From Perna viridis (taxonomy: Eukaryota), in contig CM074511.1 in assembly GCA_037379345.1 (NCBI GenBank), positions 18,414,001-18,478,000 of the forward strand: DNA of 64,000 bases, given 5' to 3'. A model generated the notes under the pieces. It was not told the origin of the DNA, did no database searches, and was given only the letters and a program-made list of their open reading frames with translations. The position numbers were made by a program, and so were the translations under genes. Below, piece by piece: positions 27,801-42,800 of this stretch; positions within the stretch are counted from its first letter, which is position 1; each line of letters starts with the position of its first letter.

Positions 27801-30800
27801 CGTATGATAGTACTCAGTTGATTTTGTTGAATTTTGGAATAACTGCATTTTCAAAGGAAAACTGAGTACCTATAAACAATACTGGTAATGCACACAGAAC
27901 TCATTAATTGAAAAAAGTTGCAATTCAAATTTTTGCTTATGCCTTCTAACTGTTTCATATTTATAGTGCCCTAATATTGAGGACCATCTGGACTTGGCTT
28001 TACCTGTAAAATACTCCAAAATGAGCTTCTTCAATATGGATTTAATAGCTTTCTGGTACACAAGCACTTTTGAAATGCATATATAACATTGCTTAAACAT
28101 TGTATTCGTGAGTCCATTAAATTTTGCACTTTAGTTATTTTTTTGTTTGTTTGTATGATCACCTTTTTCAAGCATATTTATCTTGCATTGGTTTTGTTTT
28201 TGGAATTCTGCTTTTAAATAAGTGTTCTAATATATTTCATGAATTTGAATGTATCACATATTTTGACATTCTTACAATAAAACTGCCATATCCCAAAGAA
28301 TTTTACTGTGGTTATTGATAGTACAGAGATCTATTTTAATCTTAGAATGGGGAAGGTTTGATATTTTACAAGGTGTTGTCAGTTTCACTTTACTGATACA
28401 TGGCTTATATACATTCTTACATGTTTATTTAACTCTCGCCCAGATGTAAAGCCCTGTAGCTGTTGTCTATTATCAATGTGCCCTTATAATAATGCTTTGA
28501 AGTGCAAAAAATATCAGATATAAATAAAAATTTAATTGTTATTGGTTTAATCATAGATGTATAACCTTTTCATCTATGGTTTAATTTTAGGAAGGTATTA
28601 AATATATTCCATTCATTTCAAACAGATAAATTTTAAATTTAGCATGTTATTATACACATTGCTAGAAGAATTGTTCTAAAGATATTTTTACACAGTCATG
28701 TTAATAAACAAATTCCTCAAGCCTTAGCTATCTATCTTGGCTTTCGAAGGGTGTTTCTTGTGAGGGTCAATAGTTTACAAATTATCCTCAATGAATGACT
28801 AATTGTTATGTAAATGATGCTGCAGTATATCTGATCAGCAGTTTTCCTTTCTGTAGCCTATTCATAGCTTATAATGCTATCAGCACTTAATGAACAGTAA
28901 TTGCATGACCAGGTAAAACCTCTCCTGCTGATTTACATGCATACCTTACAGTATTACTAATCACCACCCCACTGTCACAACTTATACCAATAGAAACTAC
29001 CCAATATAATTACATCAAAAATAAACAGCTGACTGTTCAGTTTCAGTATGTTACCTTTGACCTCTGGCATTTTATTTCTACCATTTAAGGTAAATTTGGA
29101 GTTTAAACAGTGGCCATATTATTACACTGACGAGTTTGTGTACAGTGGGATTAGAATCGGTTTAAATTAAAATTTGACTATTTACTTGTGGTTTAGTATC
29201 TATTGCAGTCCTTGTTTTTGCACAGCATTATCTTATGATTATGGTAAACCTAGTTCACTAAAGGACAGAAAAACACTCTTGAAGTATTGCAATGTCTAGA
29301 CTACCTTTGAAATCTAATGCTCTGCTTTGGTTGTCTGAAATATGAATGTGAATTGAGGTTAAGTGAGGTATATACGGCGTGCACATAGGGCATTAAGAAC
29401 ATGTGAAAAGGGGATATGGAGAAACAATAAACCATGAAGACAAATTGAAAACGCACATCATGTATGATAAGTTTTATGTTTTGACTGATTCTCAAAATAT
29501 TAATGAAAACTGAGTTGGAATATCAAGAGGGTTGTACAAAAACATGAGAAAAAAAATTATTTGTTTGATAAGTTCTTTATAGTTCTTCTGTAGTTGCTAT
29601 GTAATTCTCAGTAATTCGTAGGAGTTTTGTTCATGAATCTTGTTCTTAACAAACCATTGGTCTATATCATTGAGTCTTTTGTCTTGTTATAGGCTCAAAA
29701 TCATTGCATAGTTTCTTAAAGTTTTCACCTTGCCACATATTAAAGTACATTCTTTGATAAAAAGGAGTTTATTCAGTGCTGGCAATTACCTCAGACAAAA
29801 TACTTTGTGAATTAATCTCTGTTTTGACTAGAAGTGGGATAAATTAAAGCTAGTCCTACCCAACTTTGATATACTTTATAGTTAGTAATTTGACATGCAA
29901 TTACATGCATTATCTGTTTTAACTTGTACATGTATTTTAGTAAAAAGAGCTTTATTCTCAATTGGTATATTTATAACTCAATAAAACATTGTATGGTAGC
30001 TCTGCTTTATTTAAGTGTTGGTAAAGATAAGGTTTGTATCAGCATAGAATACATTGTTTTCTATTCTAGCATTTCATTGTTTAATTAAATTACTATCTTG
30101 TTTTGATATTCTTGGATGTTCATTGTCAAAAGAGTATTTTTACACAATTTAATGCAGGGAGTTTTAATTAAAATAGAATTGACCGATTCTGTATGATTTC
30201 CCTTGAGTTACAGAGTAAACTTTTTTAAGTTGGTTGGTATGGTGCATTTGTATGAATGACTATAATTGTTTTCTGAACAAGCTTATTTTGTTCTTCTGAG
30301 TCACCTATGTGGACCATATTTCATAAGCTGATAAATCTATTACCAATTTTATCTATATATTTTCTATGGAATGAGTCAGGGGAAGTCACTCCAGTCCTTT
30401 ACATGACTGTTTAGGTCTATGATCTTTAGTATACTGGGTTTTCACTGCTGATTCAATTCCAAATGTTTTTCACAGCTAACACTACTGTTATTCATAACCT
30501 GACAGATCTGATTGTAAAAATCCAAAACTGATATGATGCCACTTACGATCTGATATGAATTCAGTGATAAAGTCAAGAAAATTCAGATTTAATAGAGAGC
30601 AATGATTGATAAAGAAGGTAGTTTGTATAATTTCCTTCTCCAATTGATATTTCTATCTGCTTTAACCTTGTTCTTGATTGTTATTAGTCTAATAGGCTTC
30701 TCCTTTCACCTCCTTCAATTTCCTTAACTTTTAATGTTAATGTACATGTAGAGACTCCATTTGTAGCTCATTTCTTGTAAACAGCTGTTCAATAAAATGT

Positions 30801-33800
30801 TTCTATGTGTACAACTAGGAGTTCTCACCTGTGTAGAATTATCAGAACTCTTTGATGCAAAGAAAGAAAGAAATGAAAGTCAGAACAAAAATGCTGAATC
30901 TTAACTTTGTTTATGATTTATGTAATGGGTGAATGTGACTTATGTGTAAATTAAGTAACTTTTTACTTCCATCGTTTTTTTTTTCTTCAAGAAACATTGC
31001 AGCAATTATGAAAGCTATACTTTTGTGTCCTTAACAATTATATTACCAAGGGAATACATTTTGCAAAAAATCAGAATTGTTAAATAATTTAGAAGTTATG
31101 ACGTCACAATACTTTGATCTAGAATGCCTCCATAACTTATGACTAATTTGAAAAGGACCACTGGTAGACTTGCTACAGTTATATTAGGTATTTGTGTTTA
31201 ATTTGCAGTATGGTGGTTGGATAGTGAATAAATATTATAGCATTATTGCATAAGATTTTCCACATTGGCTTAGTTATTGGTCTGAGGCTAGCAATATTGG
31301 ACTGAGGCGTAGCGAATATGGAAAACCTTACGCAATTATATTTTATTGACTGACTGGTTCAATATGCTAGGCCAATATGGATTTAAACCAATCCAATACA
31401 ACGTATTGGACGATTAAATCCTGTATTGGATGGCTATACCGTATTGGCGCATTTTTGTATTTTGTATTGTATTGGCAGTTTTGATCATATTTAGGCCATT
31501 ATTGGAACGTTAGTCAATTATTGATGGTACAATGTGATGTTATAAATATATTTCTTCTTCCAAGTCTATTGTTCTGATTCTAGCCTTTTAGGTGTGAACC
31601 ATCAATAAAAAGTCCTAATGTAAAAATCTCATGAGCTGAGTATCAATCAGTTGACATGTTTTTGAGATCTAGAAAGTCCAAAAGAGACTTTGAGATTCAG
31701 GAGTAAATCATAGTCTGACAATGTTCACAATATTCCCTATAGTCATGAACTGTTTATTGTGTGGTAATCTTAATGGGAGTACAGTTCATGAGAGGGCAGA
31801 TAATGAAAGTTAAAATACATGTACTTAAATGATGCATTCAGATAAGAAGTGATTGATCATCAGAAAATGTTCTGATCAGGCAGATTCCTGTGGAACTAAT
31901 TAATTACTCATTCTGTAGGTACCGGTATGTTTTTATTGTAAACTGTTGATGTAAATAACGTGTATATGCACATTGTACACATAATCGCACATAATACGTC
32001 AGTGAAATTAGGGAAAGTGTCAAAATATTTGGAAATGAGTAATCTTTTTGTAGTAGTAAAATAAGTTGTTTGCCTTGATAAATGTGGGGGTGGTTGAGTT
32101 TAATATGCATAAAATTATTGATAAGAACTGTTGTAGTAGTATTTAGCTAGTGATATTTTTTTCTGGAATTTATAGAATGTGCTCAATGCTTTTGTGATTT
32201 AGATCAGAATTTATTTTTGAATTCAGTGTGGGAGTAGAGGAGATTAAAAAATAGATTTTATTGACATTACTGATTTAACCTGTTATTTGAGAAGTTCAGG
32301 AACTTTCAGATTTGTTTTGATGTATTTGATATCTTTAATCTTATGAAGGTGTAAAGAGATTCTCTGTCTGGTGCCTTCAGATAAGGACTGAAAAATCTCT
32401 TTCCCAGGTACAAATTGCACATAATATCATTTTGTGGTCTTGCCTATTTGAAAACATTTTTCATAGTACTTGGGACATGTGTTTACATTGTAATACAGTC
32501 AAAATTTTGTTAGTGTTTGTGGCCTGTTTATTTTGTTTTAACACATTGTTTTTGTATTTTTTATTGAATATTGAATTTCTTACAACCATAATAAACTGGT
32601 ACTCCTTAAACCTGTACTGAACAAATCTCTTATTAAATTGGCTGATCTTGATGAGAGTTAGAATTATACAGTGTCAGAAAAAAATGCCCACTTGCTCATT
32701 AAATCTGGAAATGACTGGAAACTAAGATTTCCTCTGGACAAGGAAAAGATTTAGTCAAATAGGAGGAAACATGGAGAAAGGGATTGTGAATTTTGGAGCG
32801 AGATAAAATCACCTCAACTTTTCAACAGGGCAACTTACAGCAAAAATTATTTCTAACACTGTTACACTTCTAATACATACATCTTCTCTTTCAAACCTTT
32901 CTATATAAACCTTTAACACTGGATTGTAACAGAGGATATAGAAACCTAAAACTAAGGTCTGATCTTTGATATATGAATTGTTCAGTAGTAGGGCATGAAA
33001 AGGGATATCAAAGCATTTAAAACTTATCAATTATGTAAAAGTTTAGTGTTGCAAAGGTACATTTAAATTGTAACTGAAGAACATCCTATAGTAGAGTAGT
33101 AAGAACAAGAATTTGTGAAGGAGTATCTGGATATTTAAAAGGGAAGGTTCAAACCATTAGACCACAAATATTGTTTATTCTTATAGACTTTTTGGTAAAC
33201 AATAAACAATAAATTGAGTCATAATTTAAATGTTTATGGAAGTACATGTACTTCCCAAGTACACTAGATGAACATAATCAAATATCTACTATACACCATA
33301 GTATCAAGAGTATAAATCACTAAACAAATACAAAATGTATAGATGTTTGCTAAGGTCAGTAGAGTAAGCTCCCCTTCTTGAAGCCCCAGGCTGATGCATG
33401 GTGCATTTGTATTCATAGTAGATTGATAGATTGTAATGAAATTCTGCTGGAATTATCTGAACTAGAAATTCATCTTTCCTGAGGCTTTGTAGATCTATCA
33501 TAGATCATACTGTTTTAAATTGAATTGATGATATTTGTAATAGTTTTGTCAGCACTTGTCCCATTATTATTGTATTTTATGTAATATGTAAATTTATTCA
33601 TATGTTCTGTGTTGTATGACATGTCGTAATATCCTTGGGTGGGGTACTTTACTGTAGTATGTGTAGTATGTAAAATGAATTACATTACTTACATTGTACA
33701 TATTTGAACTGTGAATATAATTTGACTTTCATTCAAATCTTGAAGAATGTTTCAACAGGGAAAAACAAAACAAAACAATATACCAGTTGCTGGTAAATAG

Positions 33801-36800
33801 TATTTACTGGTACTGAAGACTTGGTTCTTTTTTGTTTATTTTGTTTATACAAACTCGTAGCTGCATTCTATTATTTCTTTGAGGTTTCCAAGGAGATCTT
33901 TGCTACCAAAAGAAAACACATACTTCTTACAAAATCAAGAAAGTTGATAAACATATGGCCTAACTCTTTACATAATGATATTTAATTACACTGTACATGT
34001 ATGTTGTTATCACAGTAAAAAAAAATGCCACAACGAAGATTATCACCTTTTTCAGATTCTTGTACACTTGAACTATGTATCAAGTTTTTTTACCATGTTT
34101 TTTAAATTGTCTTTTAATTGTATATTTATATTGTTCTTTGTCTAATTTAACACATTTTGAATTATAGCTATATGTTGATGCAGCTGGAAATGTCACTGAT
34201 CCATACTTTTGAAGTTTGTCTTTTGAATGACATTAAGACTTATCATTCATTTTATTTCCATTTCAGATTCTTCAGATATTGTAGATGGTAACTTGAAGCT
34301 GATCCTTGGTCTGATATGGACCCTCATTTTACATTACTCTATCTCCATGCCCATGTGGGAAGGAGAAGAACCAGGACCCAGTGAAGGTGGACCCACACCA
34401 AAACAGAGATTGCTCAACTGGGTACAGAGCAAGTGTCCAGAACTGCCCATTAAGAACTTTAACAATGATTGGAACGATGGTAAAGCCATCGGTGCTTTGG
34501 TTGATGCTGTTGGTCCAGGTAAGATATCACATCTTAGAATGATGGTAAAGCGATGGGTGCTTTGGTTGATGCTGTTGGTCCAGGTAAGATATGACATCTT
34601 AGAACGATGGTAATGCCATCAGTGCTTTGGTTGATGCTGTTGGTCCAGATAGATATCACATGTTTTAAAATGACATTGACAACACTCATTATGATGGATA
34701 AATATTAACTATAAGACCAATGAAAATGTTTACATTTGCCCATTTTTGTATTGGTTTATATTTGGCTTGAAATTTTTCTAGAAAACAAAAAATAGAAGAT
34801 AGGGTCCACCAAATGATTGATTCTTTGAAATAAGTTAGGATTGAAAAAAAGGGTCCATCAAATGATTGATTCTTTGAAATGAGTTCGGATTGAAAAAAAG
34901 GGTCCATCAAATGCTTGATTCTTTGGAATATGAAAAAAGTTCGGATTGTAAAAATGGGTCCATTAAATGCTTGATTCTTTGAAATAAGTTAGGATTGAAG
35001 AAAAAAATAAACAACTTATTAGGTATCCCAAGGCTAATGCAGCTGAAGGAAATGTCAAACCTAAAAGGTCTTTGTATATTCCAAAACAGTTTTAGAAATT
35101 AATTAACCACATAAAAATGTACTGATAATATTAAAAATATTGCACTTAATTATCGTGAATCATCACCAATAAGTTTTTTTCTGTTATATCATGTTATGCA
35201 CCCTTGGCATGAGATAGTAAATTGTTATGATTAATGCAAGCAAGACAAAAACACCCTTTACAGTAACCTTGAAATAATACAGTGGAAATATGTCGGTGAA
35301 AGTGAAACCAAGGGAGGTCATGTTTTTACCCTTGCTATACAAATATTACAAGCAGTATTTCAAAGAAATACTACTTCTATTTCTAAACATTTCGTTCATG
35401 GATATATTTACGAGTGATACCATCCCACACACTGAAAGTGTACTAAATCTTTTGTTATTAAGTATATGTCAAAAATACAGTGTATAGAAGGTGTATATGT
35501 TAACATTCATTCGTTATTTGAAGCTGAATCGGCTTTTTGGTCAAAATCTTTTATCTGTATTTACATGTTATCTTTATTTCTGTTTATAATTGATCATATT
35601 TCTATATCACAAACAGTGAGTCATCTTATGTCTGGTTAATTCCCTATGTATCATCCCTTTCTTATTACTATTCTACAAAGTAATATTATAATTCTGTATT
35701 CAGGTTTATGCCCAGACTGGGAAGACTGGAACCCTAAAGATGCCAAGAAAAATGCCAAAGAAGCTATGGATGCTGCTGAAAAATGGCTAGATATTCCACA
35801 GGTACAACACATTGTAACTTATCCACCATACCCCCAATATCTCATGGCTAGATATTCCACAGGTACAAAACATTGTATCCACCATACCCCCAATGTCTCA
35901 TGGCTAGATTTTCCACAGGTACAAAGCATTGTATCATACCCCCAATATCTCATGGCTAGATATTCCACAGGTACAAAGCATTGTATCATACCCCAATATC
36001 TCATGGCTAGATATTCCACAGGTACAAAACATTGTATCCACCATACACCCAATATCTCATGGCTAGATATCCCACAGGTACAAAGGATTGTATCATACCC
36101 CCAATGTCTCATGGCTTGATATTCCACAAGTACAAAGCATTGTATCCACCATACCCCCAATATCTCAAATAGCCATATATGGAGAACATTCAGTTCTTGT
36201 ATTCATTTGAGTCTTCAGTTTCTTTTTATCCTGAAATGTATTGAAAAAAATTGGAAAACAAAATCATTATATTACATGAAGAGTATCCTAAGTTTAAGGT
36301 GTAAAATATGGAGTAAATACAAATTATTCTATTCTAATCCACTAGTAACTTCTTTTTACATAGAGTTAATGACTTTTTTATTTAGCAAGTGTTTCTTTTC
36401 ATTTGTTTTGTGTAATAGTAGCTGAGGTTTTTTCCGGTGCAGTCGGTATAGTTTCGCTTTTTTACCCTTTGACCTTAAAGATGCTCTTCCATGGAAACAC
36501 AAGTCACCTGATCGCAATTCTGTTTCCTGATTGGCCAAATACTGATAACTTAGTTGTGTTAGAAAAAACTGTATCAAAAATTAAAATTGTGTGCCATGTG
36601 TTATTTCCCGAATGAAAATTATAAGTAAAAGGAACAAATTTTACTGTGTCGGCTATCTTTATTTTTAAAGATAGTACCGGTACTTGTTTTATTTTCAATT
36701 ATGAAAAAAATGGAAAAAGTGCATCCAGGATCTTTTCTATCAGTTCATTGGTTTTTGCTTGAAAAAGAAAATAAAACGATTTTGCTACCTGTAGCCATTT

Positions 36801-39800
36801 ATATGATTTGGCAAAATTAACATGGTGATAAGTTCAGGGTATATGGAATGTTTACTTCTAAAGGATAAAAAAAAACTACTGATTTATATAGCACTTCTCT
36901 TTTATAGTATCTATTCTGTTGATTACATGTTAAAGTTAGAAAGGTCATTAACAAAGGTCGTTTTTAAGTTCTGAGGTGTTGATTTTACTTATTCTCCCTT
37001 TTTTGTTGGTTAAATGTCAAATGTAGAATAAATGATACTTACTGTCTATGTAAACAATTTGGGACATCCTATAGTCTTTGTCTGTGTTTAAACAGTATAA
37101 AAAGACCATAAAGTCATTGAATAGTCCACAAGTCAAGTATTTGTGAAGTATTAGTAAAAATGGCGGATTTGAGTGAAGATGATGATAGATATTGTTCAGT
37201 GTTGGATAAGGAAAATTCAGTGGAGGTGAAAGTAAAAAATAAGATAACTTGTTCTTAAATGGAACATTATTTTTTTAACAGAATCTTAGCTTGTATAACT
37301 CTTGTGTGTTGATGTGTTTCGTATCAATCACTAGCATTCATCAGTCTTTTTCTTGTTCATCAAAGACATAAAGTGCTTAAATCTAACATTATTCAAGCTT
37401 TCTTTTAAATTGTAGCTCATCAAACCAGACGAAATGACCAACCCCAAGGTTGATGAACTGTCCATGATGACTTACCTGTCACAATTCCCCAAGGCCAAGC
37501 TAAAACCAGGAGCACCAGTCCGTCCAAAACTCAACCCAAACAGAGTCCGTGCTTATGGTCCAGGTCTGGAGCCCAAGGGTAACCAGGTTGGAGCACCAGC
37601 TAGATTTACTGTTGAAACTTTCTCAGCAGGTCAAGGTTCACTCGAGGTCAAAGTTTTGAACCCTAAAGGAGTAGCAGAACAGGTAATATAACCATCCATT
37701 CCTTAATAGGTCACTAATTCCTAGATTATCATTTGTCTTTGGAAAAAATTAGGGGGGAAGGGGGGTGTAGGCCGCTTGAAGGTAATTTCATGATTGGCAC
37801 CAGTCCTTGAAATAAGGGGGGCAAGTATACCAGAAAATGCCAACCCAGTTATCAATGCCATGTCCAATCATTTCATTCAATTAAAGACTTTACCTGATAA
37901 TGATATTTCCTGTTTCACATTGATTTACTGCACATAAACAGGTGCAGGTTATATATAGTTCAAAATTCTTAACTGATTTCATTGTAAATCAAGAAGAAAT
38001 CTTAATGCAGAAATGTTGCAAAAATTTAGTGGAGGTATCTTGCCTTGTTTTATGGTTTGGATAGATGTTATCAATTTCAAACACCAGTAATTGTGAGGTC
38101 AACATTCATCTGCTGATAAAAAGATAGCATCATAACTCATAACTTTGAAAACTAAGATTTAATTTTTTTTTTAATAAAATATCTTTAAGGCAGTAGTTTC
38201 AATGATTTATAGAAGATTCAATCTGTTTAATGTTCATGCTATCAATATTCAGCACCTACACAAATAGTAATATAGGATATTATGACCTTCATAATATCTG
38301 AACATGGTGGTTGATAACTAACCAATACCTGGGAAATCGTAGCTTGTAGAAAAAATAATTTTACTTAATATTTCAACCTCTATTCAATTACTTTAAAACA
38401 ACTTAATTTAGGAAAAACAAACTCCCAAAAAAACAACAAAACATAAAGTACTGTAAACATAATAATTTTCTTGGTTGCTAATTTTTGCAGATTCTGTCAA
38501 GTGAACATATTCGTAGGTGTCAGTTTTTACAGTTTCAAAATAACGATTAGTATTATATATTAAAAATCAATTTCTTGTGTACTATTTTTTTGCAGTTTTC
38601 TGTCCATCATGAAAATAGCAAGAATTAGTATGTTTACAGGAAACCACTCAATAATTTCATTTTATTATGGAATATTTGAAAGAATGTTAGAAGCAAGATC
38701 AAATACCTGGGAAATTCACTGGAATCTTAACATCTTAATAAGTATACATGAATCAAAACATCTATGAAAATACATTGGTACTTGATAGAGTGACACCTGC
38801 ATAAACCAAACATGAATAATTCAAAAACCTGTTTAAACCAGAGACTTTTATATCAATTCATGTATACTTTTAATCTTGGTAAACTGAAGAACACCTGTCT
38901 AAACAGAACCTATTTATCCAAAAGGGTTCAGTTAAGACTACTATCACTTTTTTTGTTCAAGAAAAGCTTGCTGCTTAACATCACTGATCTGTATTATCAC
39001 TTTGATGTTTTAACACATTGTATTATTTTATTTATAGTGTGAAGTAGTAGACAACAAAGACAGAAACATGACATACTCCTGTGTATATGTACCTAGTGTA
39101 GAAGGAGAATACAAGGTATTGTATTATTGTAATTTATGAAAAACATATAATTATCAAGTGGTAACTGTCCAGGTCATTTTAAATATATTTATATGATTTA
39201 TCGTAAATGTTCAGGACATAATATAAGTTATTGATAGAATCTCTTAGTTTTTGTATTATGTATTCTTTTAACTTTACAACCAGGAATTGTCAGGTGTGTA
39301 AAATATGCCACAAGCTTAAACTTGCACTTTGCTTAAGGCTTCATGATCTACCCTAATGGAGATAACTGAATTGTTACAAAAGTACGAGTAATTGTCTTAT
39401 TGTTTATTATTTAAGCTCTTTGACTTAGCAAGATTAATGTTCACAGAAAGATTTAGATTGAACGAATATGCATTCTGAAAATAACTTGTAATCAGCAAAA
39501 GGGAGATAACTCAATTTTTTCAGCTTTTTTTTCTGAATTTTACTTTTACTTTGTATCAGGTTATTATCAAATTTGGAGGTAAAGAAATCAGCAAGAGTCC
39601 ATTCAAGGTCAGAGTAGAAGGTGCGGCTGGTGATGCTAATAAGGTCACAGCAGCTGGTCCTGGTATTGAAAAGACTGGAGTCGTTGCATCTAAGAGAACC
39701 TACTTCGAAGTTTTCACCAAAAGTATGTGTCTATATATGTCTTTTGTCTTCACGTGTTCTGATTTTTTATAGAATATTATTGAAATTTAGTTAATGAGGG

Positions 39801-42800
39801 AAGTTTGGAAAGTAAGTATTTGAAATATATTTTGATACTTGATTTTTTTTTATGCATTTATGATCCTTATTATGTCCCAGCTTGTGGGAACTTTGCAGGT
39901 GTATCTTAAGCTCTTATTTCAATTTATTCCACTTTATATTCCTTGGTTATTCTTTTGAAATGCCTGAATATACATATATTTCATCTTCGATCTTTAATAT
40001 ACAAAAACTGGACTCATTTTCTTTTGAAATAAAGTTGTTTTTTAGAATAGTTATATTTGATTGTTTGTAAAGATGTGACATGACATATGAATGATTTCTT
40101 ATATTAGTTAGGTTTGTGATTGAGTGTTAGTTTATTTTAGTACGTGTGAAAATGCTTTGATATATAGAGCTGATTGTGAACTAACTAAATCATTTAAGTT
40201 GAATCTTAAAGAAAAACAAATACTATCATCTTATGTTGCTCAACTACATGAATATGGTGTCTGCTTAAACCAAATCATTTTATTTTGATATTAGTTTTGG
40301 AAAGAGATTTTTCCAGGATTTATACAACAGTATTTAATTAAAATAGTTCACTTAAATTTTTGAAACATTATAAACTTTTTTTGTGTTTCATTCTAAACTA
40401 CAAAGATCATTTGGGAATACATTGTATAGGCCTGGAAAAATCAAGGGTTATTTCCTTTTAAGTTTAATTGATAATACACATGCTTTCCTACTTCATCAAT
40501 TTAATAGATTCTGGTGCACCAATTCCAAAGAAGGGTGAGTACTACAGGGAGATATATTGTGCCACCTCTATTCCATTTATGTATTAATGATCCATGCACA
40601 TCATTCACTCTGCCTACTGCTTCACTTTTCACATTTTTCTGGTGTTTGGAATATGCTCTTTTTTAACTCACTCAATATATCATTCAAATATTAGTAAATA
40701 AACATTAGTCATCTTAAGTATCATTTACATTTGAACTGAACAAGTATTTCAGCGAAATTAGGAGTCATTGAAAAGTCATTGTATTTTAAGTTTTTATGAA
40801 TTGTTTATGAAGAAATTTGTTTCCCTATTCTAATGTTTTGTTGTCTAGTGAAACACATATTCTAAGTGTTTCATTAAAAAAAAGCACAAAACACTTTAAT
40901 GAATTTGCTTAGCTTGATCTAAGTTTAAAAATTGCCTCATTTAAACAGCCTTTTTGCAAACTTAGCTATTTTAAGAAAAGTTAATCTATATTGAAGCCAT
41001 GTTTCCAGTGTTAACCACTTTCCTTGTCTTGTCCGCTGCAGATTAAAGGCAGCCATATTGTCCTGTTATTTGCAGCTTTTTTTGGTTTTTTATTTCCTCA
41101 AGTCATTTATATGTGTCAATTACGCCATTTTTTATATGACCGTAAAAAATTTGCAGTCATATAATGGTATAGGACTGTTGTCCTCGTTGTCCGTAGACAC
41201 TTGGTTTTCGTGTGGTAACTTCATTATTGGTTGATCTCTATAAAGTTTTATAACAAGGTTCCAAACCACAAAAGGAAGGTTGGTTTTGATTGTGGGGGTT
41301 ATGGCATGAACCATTTTAAAATTATGGGCAAAAAAACATGCATTTCATAGAATTTAACTGTAACTCCAGAAAAAAGCATAGAAATGTCTATGATGTTATG
41401 GACAAAAATTGATTTTAGGTATTATGACTTGAACATTTCAGATATTAGGGGCCAAAAAGGGGGTGGAGCTAGAAACATGGATTTTCTTGATGTCCAGACA
41501 ATAACTTGACTAATAGTGAATGGATCACTTTGAAATTGTATAACAAGGAAGGTTGGATTTGATTTTTAGATTGAGACTAACCTTTTTTTTTTTTTGAACA
41601 AAGGACCAAAATGGGGCTTTAAACAAGCATCTTCCTTATGTTTAGACAATAACTTGAATAAAAAGGAATGGATCTCATATAGATTTATCTACAAGGTGCC
41701 ATACCATCAAAGAAGACTGATTTTTGAGGCTGATTTGAGCCAAGTAAGAATAAGAGGCCACAAAGGGACTTAGGCTTGTTGATAATAATTTGAGTGAAAG
41801 GGAATGCATCAATTTGAAATTGTACCACAAGTGCCATCATCCCAAAGAAAGGTTTGGATTGGTTTTGAAGGTTTCAACTTCAATCATTTAGGAATAACAG
41901 GCCAAAATTCTGGTCAAATTCTTATCCTGTGTTGAAAGTTTTTTCATAATCAGAATTCAAAGCTATATTTAGATAGAAAGGAATGTCCATACTTGCCCCA
42001 AATTCAGTATGAAGCTGAGCCTTGCGAAGCATTTTAGTTCATATTCATAAATGTAAAATATAAATTGTAGTTTCATGTATACATATTAACCAATAGTATA
42101 CTGTAGAAATAGTATTAGTTATTTAGTACTCTAATGTGAAGATTTGATGTATAAATAGAAGCATGTGACTGTGTAATTTCATAAATAGCATAATAGAGTG
42201 TAGATTTAAGCTTTTGAATTTGTAATGTTAAATGATTAATATTTTTTGAAGTTAGATTTTGCATGATAACTATTTATAGACAGAATGAAATGTGTTTTTT
42301 GTTTGATAGCTATAATCATGGTTAAAGTTTGGTATGAATTGGTAGAAGATTGCCAAAGTTTGGTTTGAGTAGTTCATTGATATGTCGCAAAACTATGTAT
42401 ATGAATTGATGAAGATTCTTACTATGATATTATTGTTTTTATAGATGCTGGCAAAGGTAATGTGGATGTTGTCGTTCTTGATCCACATGGCCGTAAAGAC
42501 ACCATTCGTCCCAGTATCAATTTGGCTCCTGGTAAAGAAAAGGATGGTGTGTACTTGGTAGAGTATGTACCATTGGAACAAGGACTTCATTCCGTCAATG
42601 TCTACTTTGCTGGACAACAGATTCCAAAGTCACCATTTGGTGTTGGTGTTGGTGCTGGTGAGTAGGGGTTATTTTCTTTCCTGCAGAATCTTCCATTAAG
42701 TTCTGATACGCAATTGATTATAAAAGTACAGTAAAAACCTTTTTTAATTGTTCAATCTCATAAGTTTTAATTTTATCTCTCTTCGCACATATAAATATAT

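Noticed and set aside
19000-34200. Nested gene in the large intron
   Set aside because: Only short, low-complexity AT-rich ORFs, with no recognisable domains or exon chain.
35646-36160. 157-aa and 113-aa ORFs with repeated peptides as a novel protein
   Set aside because: These are read-through of filamin exon 3 into the minisatellite, and its antisense.
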